DNA of 24,000 nucleotides from the NCBI GenBank assembly GCA_050043105.1, contig JBHJIV010000157.1, positions 1,470 to 25,469 on the forward strand, read 5' to 3'. The notes under the pieces were generated by a model. The model searched no databases, was not told the DNA's origin, and saw nothing but the letters and a program-made list of their open reading frames with translations. This DNA comes from Leptolyngbyaceae cyanobacterium. Its GTDB lineage: Bacteria > Cyanobacteriota > Cyanobacteriia > Phormidesmidales > Phormidesmidaceae. Made by a program: the position numbers and the translations under genes. Positions 16,689-23,781 of the stretch are shown in pieces (position 1 is the first letter of the stretch; every line of letters begins with the position of its first letter).

Positions 16689-17513
16689 TTAAGCAACTGC
16701 TTGGTCGATCCGACCATAGAACTGACCTTGAATTCTGACATCCATCGGCTCTTTAGCACCAAAATCAGTATCAGAAGGTTGATTGCTTTCAAATAACCCA
16801 GCAATTTCTCCTGTTTTTCGATTGACTCGAGTGATTTGTAGAGAAATCTCCCCTTCACCCACCTCAAAGGACTTGCTGTTTTGACGGGAAAATTTCTCCC
16901 GATCTGCCTGAATTGGGAATCCTACTGCTGCATCATATCCTGATGATAATCCCCGTCCTTTTGGATCAATAAAATTGGATGTGCGATAGGGAGGTACCTG
17001 GAATGTTCCCACTAGTCGGGTTGTTGGGCTTAGCTTATTTGAGACATCTTGATTTTTAGCCACAAGTCCTTTAATCGTAAATAGCAGAGCAATCCGCTCA
17101 CCATTGGGAGGCTGTACCGTTACGGGCTGAAAGTCAAATCCCCCCTGCTCAGCAAAAGTGATGTTGCCATCAGAATCGACTTGTAAAGAACCACTTACTT
17201 GATCAAGACTAAAACTCTCGCGGGTGAGGGGTTTTGAAACTACGAAATCATTCTCCTGACTCTTGACCATAGAAGAGCCTTTTACTAGAAATGTCTCAGG
17301 TTGTAAACACAACCCATTAAGTTGATACGACTGATTAGCATCTATAGCAATTGCATCCCGACTGCTGCGTGACAGTTGAGGACAGTTATTGGCTAGACCA
17401 CTACCCTTGATGTCATCGTAGCTTAGTGAGCTAGCCTGTGGGCCGCCACTGCAGGCGGTAATTAGTCCAAAGCACAAGACTAATAAACCAGTTATTAACG
17501 TACGATATTTCAT
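16689..17513 (-). CDS. psbO: Manganese-stabilising protein PsbO paralog, PSII lumenal extrinsic subunit
   Basis: 274 aa from the ATG (complement of 17511-17513; an alternative ATG is at 17528): MKYRTLITGLLVLCFGLITACSGG...LSYDDIKGSGLANNCPQL...GLCLQPETFLVK...FQPVTVQPPNGERIALLFTIKGLVA...VPPYRTSNFIDPKGRG.SSGYD...TGEIAGLFESNQPSDTDFGAKEP.DVRIQGQFYGRI. It is collinear with cyanobacterial PsbO, including both disulfide cysteines. Confidence 0.9.
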   Translation of the reverse strand: MKYRTLITGLLVLCFGLITACSGGPQASSLSYDDIKGSGLANNCPQLSRSSRDAIAIDANQSYQLNGLCLQPETFLVKGSSMVKSQENDFVVSKPLTRESFSLDQVSGSLQVDSDGNITFAEQGGFDFQPVTVQPPNGERIALLFTIKGLVAKNQDVSNKLSPTTRLVGTFQVPPYRTSNFIDPKGRGLSSGYDAAVGFPIQADREKFSRQNSKSFEVGEGEISLQITRVNRKTGEIAGLFESNQPSDTDFGAKEPMDVRIQGQFYGRIDQAVA

Positions 17514-17659
17514 TTTTTGTTCTCTCATTAATGGCGTAGGCGCGTAACCAGACGAAAGCGCACTCGCAAATTTGTGAAAAGATGATAGTCCACACGATAA
17601 ATTCCCCCACAAAAAAATGGAGAACATATGAAGAGAGAGTTTATGTATCGCTGATTATT

Positions 17660-17695
17660 AACTTATGTAAAGCGATTTTCATATTTTCATAAGTT
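17660..17695. promoter_or_regulatory. 8-bp inverted repeat enclosing a perfect tandem 8-mer, in the psbO/apc divergent region
   Basis: aacttatg (17660-17667) and cataagtt (17688-17695). Inside is attttcat-attttcat (17675-17682 and 17683-17690). The background is AT-rich, so a chance occurrence is plausible. Confidence 0.2.
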
Positions 17696-17879
17696 CTCCA
17701 TTTTTTTTTCCTATTCTTCTTGCAAGCTTTAGTAAAACAAGTCTTCCTTACTGCTCAGGTGAGCATCTAGCTTTTTTAGCCAGATGTTTTCTAAAGAGTA
17801 AGACTCTAAATCTTGTTGGCCTGATGCAAGCGATAAATGCCTTCAATCAGCTATGTAGTCTAACGGAGAATGAATCACG

Positions 17880-18356
17880 ATGAGCCTGGTTACAGAACTC
17901 ATTCTGGGTGCAGATAGTGAAGCTCGCTATTTAGCTCCAAAGGAACTGCGGATTTTTCAAGACTTTGCCAAAACTGGAGAACAGCGTATTCGGATCGCCA
18001 GAGCGCTGGCAGAAAATGAACAGCGTATTGTGCAAAACGGTAGTCAGAAATTTTGGGAACGTTGTCCAAATACGCCAAGCAATAGCGGAAACGATCGTAA
18101 AACAGCCTCTTGTCAACGAGATCAAGGCTGGTATGTTCGTTTAATTGCTTATTCTATTTTGGCCGGGAGCGAACGCCCGTTAGAAGAGATTGGTACAGTC
18201 GGTATCAAAGCAATGTACAACAATCTAGAAATTCCGATTCGCAATATTGCAGAATGCATGCGCTGTCTTAAAGAAGAGGCAATGGCTCTTCTAAGTGAAG
18301 AAGATGCTCAAGAAGTAGCTCCATACTTTGATTTGATCATTCATTCACTTTTGTAA
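17880..18356 (+). CDS. Allophycocyanin alpha-type subunit, far-red paralog (ApcA2/ApcD2/ApcD5 class; exact paralog not assignable by eye)
   Basis: 158 aa: MSLVTELILGADSEARYLAPKELRIFQDF..TGEQRIRIA...KTASCQRDQGWYVRLIAYSILAG...VAPYFDLII. This is the AP alpha globin fold with the chromophore Cys at residue 78. It has the divergent PNTPSNSGN segment where canonical ApcA has ...SPGGNAYG.... Confidence 0.9.
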   Translation: MSLVTELILGADSEARYLAPKELRIFQDFAKTGEQRIRIARALAENEQRIVQNGSQKFWERCPNTPSNSGNDRKTASCQRDQGWYVRLIAYSILAGSERPLEEIGTVGIKAMYNNLEIPIRNIAECMRCLKEEAMALLSEEDAQEVAPYFDLIIHSLL

Positions 18357-18417
18357 ATCGCCGACTTAAATATTGTTGGGACCGTTAAATCATTTTCTAA
18401 ATTCAAGGAGAATATCC

Positions 18418-18903
18418 ATGCAAGATGCAATTACCACCTTAATTAATTCTTCTGATGCCCAGGGTAGATATTTAGACGATTCGTCGTTAGACAATTTACA
18501 AAACTATTTTCGCAGTGGTGATTTGCGGGCGCGGGCGGCTATGTCCATCAGTGCCAATACCTCCATAATTGTGACTAAGACAGTGGCTAAAGCACTGCTC
18601 TACACAGACATCACGGCTCCCGGTGGCAACATGTATACCTGTCGTCGCTATGCAGCCTGTGTTCGCGATATGGAAATTTTCCTACGTTACGCAACCTACG
18701 CCATGCTAGCGGGCGATCCATCAATTCTAGATGAGCGAGTACTCAATGGATTAAAAGAGACCTATAACTCGTTGGGGGTTCCTGTCGGCGCGACAGTGCG
18801 GGCCGTACAGTCGATGAAGGAAGTCGTCAATGAGATGTTAGGTGCAGAAGCTGGGCGAGAGATGGGAGTGTGTTTTGACCATATTTGCTCGGGCTTAAGC
18901 TAG
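18418..18903 (+). CDS. apcB2: Allophycocyanin beta-type subunit, far-red paralog
   Basis: 161 aa from ATG 18418, with AAGGAG 7 nt upstream: [31 protein letters not shown]...[54 protein letters not shown]. This is the ApcB pattern with the chromophore Cys in AACVRD. The ORF-track start at 18373 is a TTG leader. Confidence 0.9.
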   Translation: MQDAITTLINSSDAQGRYLDDSSLDNLQNYFRSGDLRARAAMSISANTSIIVTKTVAKALLYTDITAPGGNMYTCRRYAACVRDMEIFLRYATYAMLAGDPSILDERVLNGLKETYNSLGVPVGATVRAVQSMKEVVNEMLGAEAGREMGVCFDHICSGLS

Positions 18904-18985
18904 CTCAATAAAATAACCCACTCCACAATCTCTTTATTAGAGACTTGTCCATAGCTAACTCTATTGTGTATTGGGACCATCCATC

Positions 18986-19465
18986 ATGAGTATCATCACT
19001 CAGGCGATCGCCAATGCTGATCGTGAGACCCGCTATCTCAGCCAGGGAGAATTAGATAGTATTCGCCTCTTTTTTCAAGATGGGCAACAGCGTCTGCGGA
19101 TTGCCTATATTTTGACTCAGAATGTGCAAACAATTGTAGAGAAAGGTAGTCAACGATTTTGGCAGCGTCATCCTATAACACCCAGTAATAGCGGCAATCC
19201 CACATTTCGGAGTTCCTGTCTGCGAGATCAAAGCTGGTTTATTCGTCTGATTTCCTATGCGGTTGTAGTGGGTGATATCGACCCCATTCAACTCAGCGGA
19301 GTGAGAGGGGTCAAAGAGATGTACCTGTCTCTAGAAGTCCCTCTTCGAAACGTCGCCGAATGTATGCGCTGCCTTAAAGAAGAAACCTTGGAACTATTGA
19401 GTTTAGAGGATGCGGCAGAGGTTGCCCCCTACTTTGACTATCTGATTCAAGGATTAATGCCCTAA
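18986..19465 (+). CDS. Allophycocyanin alpha-type subunit, far-red paralog (second copy)
   Basis: 159 aa from ATG 18986: MSIITQAIANADRETRYLSQGELDSIRLFF...ITPSNSGNPTFRSSCLRDQSWFIRLISYAVVVGD...VAPYFDYLIQGLMP. Closely related to the 17880 gene (shared RN.AECMRCLKEE....LLS.EDA.EVAPYFD). The chromophore Cys is present. Confidence 0.9.
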   Translation: MSIITQAIANADRETRYLSQGELDSIRLFFQDGQQRLRIAYILTQNVQTIVEKGSQRFWQRHPITPSNSGNPTFRSSCLRDQSWFIRLISYAVVVGDIDPIQLSGVRGVKEMYLSLEVPLRNVAECMRCLKEETLELLSLEDAAEVAPYFDYLIQGLMP

Positions 19466-19492
19466 TAACGTTTTAGATTTGGAGCTTTTGAA

Positions 19493-21880
19493 ATGCCCGA
19501 TCAGATTAATGGGGGTAGCCCAGTCATTCATCCACAGCTGTATCACACTGTCCCAACGGCTGTTATTACCGAAGCACAACAGCGAGATCGTTATCTAAAC
19601 CGGAGTGAAGCCACAGAACTCTCTACCTTTTTTGATTCTGGGTTAAAACGATTAGAGATTGCCAAAAATCTCACTCAGCATGCCGACAAAATCATTGCCG
19701 CTGGTGCTAATCGTATTTTTGTTGGCGGCAATTCAATGGCTTATCTAGAGCGTCCTAAAGACCCTCTAGGATTGCCAGGCTCAGGTTACTATGTAGGAGA
19801 AGATTATCTTTCTGCAGCCCGTAAGCAAAAAGAGAACTCTTCACGGATTCTTCCTCGTTCTGTAGATCCTACCAATAACTTAGCTGAATGGTTTAAGGGG
19901 CTCATGGCTGGGGGTAAACCTAGCCTTCCCAGCCGCTTTCGTGCTATTGATGTATCTCGTTATGGCGTTGTTCGGATGAAACGCTCTCTACGAGATTTAA
20001 GCTGGTTTTTGCGATATGTAACCTATGCAATTGTGGCAGGCGATACCAGCATTCTCAGTGTCAACACCCGAGGACTTCGAGGGGTTATTCCAGAAGATGT
20101 AACGTTGGCCACTGTTGTAGCCTTACGAGAAATGCAGTGGAAAGCGCTCACGTATTTCCCATCTGAGTCTGCAGCCGCGTCACTGGTCAAGCGATATTTT
20201 GATGTGTTGATCGCCGATTATTTAATCGAAAAACCCTCGCCTCAGCTGCGTGCTGGTGTTTCAAAACATCATCCGGGGCTACAGCTGCCCCAGAGCTATA
20301 GCGACAGTGCTAACCCTCAACCCCGGTGGGTAATCAAGCCCAATCTGCCCGATATTGAAAAAAATGAGGTGTTGCAGGCGGCCTATCGACAGATCTTTGA
20401 GCGCGATATTACTCCGCTGTACGGTGAGACTTTACTAGAGCTGGCTTCACAGCTTAAAAGCGGTCTCTGGTCAATGAAAGAGTTTATTCGCCAGTTAGGC
20501 AAATCGAGACTCTATCGACAGCTATATTATGAACCCTACACCCTCAGCCGCAGTATCGAACTGGCCTGTCGGCATTTCTTAGGGCGAGGGCTAAGCTGCC
20601 TAGAAGAGTTTCAGGGCTATTTTGAAGTCGTCTCTAACCAGGGTTTTTCGGCGTTGGTCGACACCTTGATCAACTCACAAGAATATGCTGATTATTTTGG
20701 TGAGGAGACTGTTCCCTACATTAGAGGGTTGGGGTTAGAAGCTCAGGAATGCAGGAATTGGGGACCGCAGCTAGATCTGTTCAAATACAGTACGCCGGTA
20801 CGTAAGGTGTGTCAGTTTGTCACCACCTTTGCTGGATATCAACAGCCTTTACCCAACCAGCATCCCTATGGTGTCGGTAATGATCCACTAGAAATCCAGT
20901 TCGGGGCCATATTTCCCCAAGAAACTCGTAATCCTAGAATGCAGCCCGCCCACTTTAGCGAGGACAGTCGACGGATTTTAATTAGCAATGGGGCCGGTAA
21001 TGGACATAGCGGCTTGAGCGACCTAATGCATCTGGGTAGGGCACCGGGTTCTCCCCAGCATCATCTCCTGAGATGGGAGTCTGTAGGCCGTCCCTTAAAA
21101 CAGAGGTCAAACCATGCTAATGGTGCTTCACCTAGCATGAATCTTACCCATCACTCCCATGATGCCGTCATTCATGCTGCCTATCGTCAAGTATTTGGCC
21201 ATGAAATATTTGATGGCCAACGTCAGTCTGTGGTCGAAATGCAGCTCAAAGCAGGCAAGATCACCTTACGAGAGTTTATCCGCCAGCTTGCCAAGTCTCG
21301 CCTATTTCGCGAGATGTCTTGGGAAAAGCTTTATGTTACCAAGGCCATTGAATATATCCATCGCAGATTACTAGGACGGCCCACCTATGGACGTCGAGAA
21401 ATGGCTCAGTTTTATGATATCTGTGCCTACGACGGGTTTTATGCCCTTGTTGATGCTTTGATAGACAGTGATGAGTATATTCGGGTCTTTGGCGAAACCA
21501 TAGTCCCTTACGAGCGCTATCTTACTCCGCGTGGGTTTGCGCTACGCTCACCGCAGGGACCTGTGGCATGGTCAAAACCTAGAGACAATCCACCCACTGT
21601 CGGTGAGTGGATGCGCAGTCATCCTGCTCCTGTTGCGTCGATGGTGTCTAATTTTGAGGCTGGCGTGACAACGCTTACAACGAACTCACGTCAACAAGCT
21701 CCCACCTTGAATGAAGCCCAATTAGCGCAACCTCAGACAACAGAATTATCTCAAAAGAATTTGGCTATCCATCCCAATAGCGGTGATACCTATGCAGAAA
21801 GTACGGTTAGACAGGCTGTCTCTGTTGCTGAGCCGCAGCCTGAGGCGACGGGACAACAAGAGGGCGAAAGTGAGCAGTAG
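19493..21880 (+). CDS. apcE2: Phycobilisome core-membrane linker ApcE, far-red paralog with two REP (linker) domains
   Basis: 795 aa. The N-terminal phycobiliprotein-like domain (QQRDRYLNRSEATELSTFF...WFLRYVTYAIVAGD) is interrupted by a loop insertion. Exactly two PBS-linker repeats follow: AAYRQIFERDI...FIRQLGKSRLYR...LINSQEYADYFGEETVPY and AAYRQVFGHEI...FIRQLAKSRLFR...LIDSDEYIRVFGETIVPY. GGAG lies 8 nt upstream of the ATG. Confidence 0.9.
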   Translation: MPDQINGGSPVIHPQLYHTVPTAVITEAQQRDRYLNRSEATELSTFFDSGLKRLEIAKNLTQHADKIIAAGANRIFVGGNSMAYLERPKDPLGLPGSGYYVGEDYLSAARKQKENSSRILPRSVDPTNNLAEWFKGLMAGGKPSLPSRFRAIDVSRYGVVRMKRSLRDLSWFLRYVTYAIVAGDTSILSVNTRGLRGVIPEDVTLATVVALREMQWKALTYFPSESAAASLVKRYFDVLIADYLIEKPSPQLRAGVSKHHPGLQLPQSYSDSANPQPRWVIKPNLPDIEKNEVLQAAYRQIFERDITPLYGETLLELASQLKSGLWSMKEFIRQLGKSRLYRQLYYEPYTLSRSIELACRHFLGRGLSCLEEFQGYFEVVSNQGFSALVDTLINSQEYADYFGEETVPYIRGLGLEAQECRNWGPQLDLFKYSTPVRKVCQFVTTFAGYQQPLPNQHPYGVGNDPLEIQFGAIFPQETRNPRMQPAHFSEDSRRILISNGAGNGHSGLSDLMHLGRAPGSPQHHLLRWESVGRPLKQRSNHANGASPSMNLTHHSHDAVIHAAYRQVFGHEIFDGQRQSVVEMQLKAGKITLREFIRQLAKSRLFREMSWEKLYVTKAIEYIHRRLLGRPTYGRREMAQFYDICAYDGFYALVDALIDSDEYIRVFGETIVPYERYLTPRGFALRSPQGPVAWSKPRDNPPTVGEWMRSHPAPVASMVSNFEAGVTTLTTNSRQQAPTLNEAQLAQPQTTELSQKNLAIHPNSGDTYAESTVRQAVSVAEPQPEATGQQEGESEQ

Positions 21881-21904
21881 GTCCCTTTTCCGCCTTAGAA
21901 TCTG

Positions 21905-21942
21905 GTTTCAAAAAACTCTGACGAGTCTGAAACTGCTTTATT
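21905..21942 (+). terminator. Weak candidate hairpin / attenuator downstream of apcE2
   Basis: gtttca (21905-21910) pairs with tgaaac (21928-21933). An inner actc/gagt stem encloses a tgac loop, and tgctttatt follows. The stem is imperfect, with an internal loop, so this is at best a partial terminator. Confidence 0.25.
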
Positions 21943-22035
21943 GGCAGCTTAACCCTTTGAACTATCACATTTATGTTGGTTGGTTTGGGGGTGTGTGTAT
22001 CTATCCCAAACATCAATATTCCAAACTCCAAAACC

Positions 22036-22569
22036 ATGAGTATCGTTAAACAGGTCATTCTCAATGCCGATGAAGAACTTCGCTATCCTACTCCTGGTGA
22101 GCTACGGATGATTCGCACTTTCTACAAAACAGGACCAGAGCGCATTCGGCTAGCTTAAACGTAAGAAGAAAAAGCTCAGGCGATCGTAGATAGAGGCACT
22201 CGAAAATTTTGGCAGCTTTGTCCGAGGACACCGAGCAACAGTGGTGATCGCCGCAAAACCGAAGCAGCTAAGCGAGATGTCGGTTGGTATATCCGTTTAA
22301 TTAGCTACTGTTTGTTAGCTGGCAACAATCGTCCATTAAGAGAGATTGGCTTAGTTGGAATGAAAGAGCTATATACCAATATTGGTATTCCGCTCACTAA
22401 CATTTTGCAGTATATCCGGTGTCTCAAAGCGGAGGCTATTGCTTTGCTAGATGAGACCGATGCAGCCGCTGTCATTCCCTACTTTGATGAAATCATTCAG
22501 GAATTGGCTCTGCCAGGGCCACCCTATTTTATGAACGATGGTATCGGTGAGAGTGAATCAGTCGTTTAA
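22036..22569 (+). pseudogene. Allophycocyanin alpha-type far-red paralog (Cys-less, ApcD3-like) interrupted by two in-frame TAA codons
   Basis: A single frame from ATG 22036 reads MSIVKQVILNADEELRYPTPGELRMIRTFYKTGPERIRLA*T*EEKAQAIVDRGTRKFWQLCPRTPSNSGDRRKTEAAKRDVGWYIRLISYCLLAGNN...VIPYFDEIIQELALPGPPYFMNDGIGESESVV. The stops are at 22156-22158 and 22162-22164. There is no frameshift, and the reading is collinear with the two intact alpha paralogs. The ORF track splits it into 21973-22158 and 22312-22569. Confidence 0.75.
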
Positions 22570-22618
22570 TCGTTTTTGAAAACCCACATTCAACAGCAGT
22601 CTGATCAAGGAGACTATT

Positions 22619-23677
22619 ATGACAATTTCAATGGGTGCGTTAAAACCAGCTAGAAGCTGGATAGGGGGACTTGACGACTGGTTAAAACGAGACAGCTATG
22701 TGTTTGTTGGCTGGTCAGGATTACTCTTGTTTCCCTGTGCGTACTTGGCTATAGGGGCCTGGTTTACCGGCACCTCATTTGTTACATCTTGGTATACTCA
22801 TGGTCTTGTCAGCTCTTATTTAGAAGGCTGTAATGTTCTCACCACTGCTGTGTCTACCCCGGCTGAAAGCATGGGGCATTCACTTTTGTTTCTATGGGGA
22901 CCAGAGGCCGGTGGGGATTTTACCCGCTGGTGTCAGATTGGTGGGCTGTGGAATTTTACTGCTCTTCACGGTGCACTCGGGCTGATGGGCTTTATGCTGA
23001 GGCAGATTGAGCTTGCCCGGTTAGTGGGTATTCGTCCCTACAACGCTATTGCTTTTTCGGCTCCAATTGCAGTTTTTGTGGCAACGTTTTTAATCTATCC
23101 CCTGGGTCAGTCCAGCTGGTTTTTTGGGCCTAGTTTTGGAGTGGCCGCCATCTTTCGATTTCTTCTATTTTTCCAGGGATTTCATAACTACACCCTAAAT
23201 CCCTTTCACATGATGGGTGTAGCAGGGGTATTAGGCGCTGCATTGCTCTGTGCCATCCATGGAGCAACCGTACAAAATACCCTTTTCAAGGACTCGGAAG
23301 GTAAAAACACATTTAGAGGGTTCTCGACAACTCAAGCGGAGGAAACCTACTCTATGGTGACGGCTAATCGCTTTTGGTCTCAGATCTTTGGTATTGCATT
23401 TTCCAATAAGCGCTGGCTTCACTTCTTTATGCTGTTTGTGCCAGTAACGGGCTTGTGGATGAGTGCAATTGGCATGATTGGTCTGGCCTTTAATTTGCGG
23501 GCTTATGACTTTGTGAGTCAGGAAATCCGGGCAGCGGAAGACCCTGAATATGAGACGTTTTACACCAAAAATGTCTTGCTCAATGAAGGGGTACGGGCCT
23601 GGGCATCAGAGCTTGATCAACCAGCGAAAAAGTTTGTCTTTCCAGAGGAGGTGTTACCTCGTGGCTTTGCTGAATAA
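22619..23677 (+). CDS. psbD3: Photosystem II D2 protein (PsbD), far-red paralog
   Basis: 352 aa: [44 protein letters not shown]...[25 protein letters not shown]...[23 protein letters not shown]...FPEEVLPRG. Full-length and collinear with D2. AAGGAGA lies upstream. Confidence 0.95.
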   Translation: MTISMGALKPARSWIGGLDDWLKRDSYVFVGWSGLLLFPCAYLAIGAWFTGTSFVTSWYTHGLVSSYLEGCNVLTTAVSTPAESMGHSLLFLWGPEAGGDFTRWCQIGGLWNFTALHGALGLMGFMLRQIELARLVGIRPYNAIAFSAPIAVFVATFLIYPLGQSSWFFGPSFGVAAIFRFLLFFQGFHNYTLNPFHMMGVAGVLGAALLCAIHGATVQNTLFKDSEGKNTFRGFSTTQAEETYSMVTANRFWSQIFGIAFSNKRWLHFFMLFVPVTGLWMSAIGMIGLAFNLRAYDFVSQEIRAAEDPEYETFYTKNVLLNEGVRAWASELDQPAKKFVFPEEVLPRGFAE

Positions 23678-23781
23678 AGCAGGCAGCTCTCACTTTAATT
23701 CTGTTGGGTATCGGTGCAAAGTTCTAACAATCGCTGACCAACAACTGCACAACTACTCACATTTTGAGGAGGTCTAATTCT

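Noticed and set aside
16679-16867. 62-aa minus-strand ORF
   Set aside because: It is an alternative frame at the 3' end of psbO.
17514-17627. Upstream extension of psbO (312-aa version)
   Set aside because: PsbO signal-peptide homology (MKYR.L...) starts at the ATG at 17513. The extension would place 38 non-homologous residues ahead of a signal peptide.
17931-19291. 64-aa and 79-aa minus-strand ORFs
   Set aside because: They are antisense to the AP alpha-type genes.
21159-22064. ORFs of 71 aa (+), 88 aa (+) and 85 aa (-) at or after the apcE2 3' end
   Set aside because: They are alternative-frame overlaps of apcE2 or fall in the spacer. They have no motifs and no RBS. The portion at 21973-22035 is only a leader on the alpha-type pseudogene.
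23231-23777. 63-aa minus-strand and 75-aa plus-strand ORFs
   Set aside because: They are antisense or alternative-frame overlaps of psbD3 and the psbD3-psbC2 spacer.
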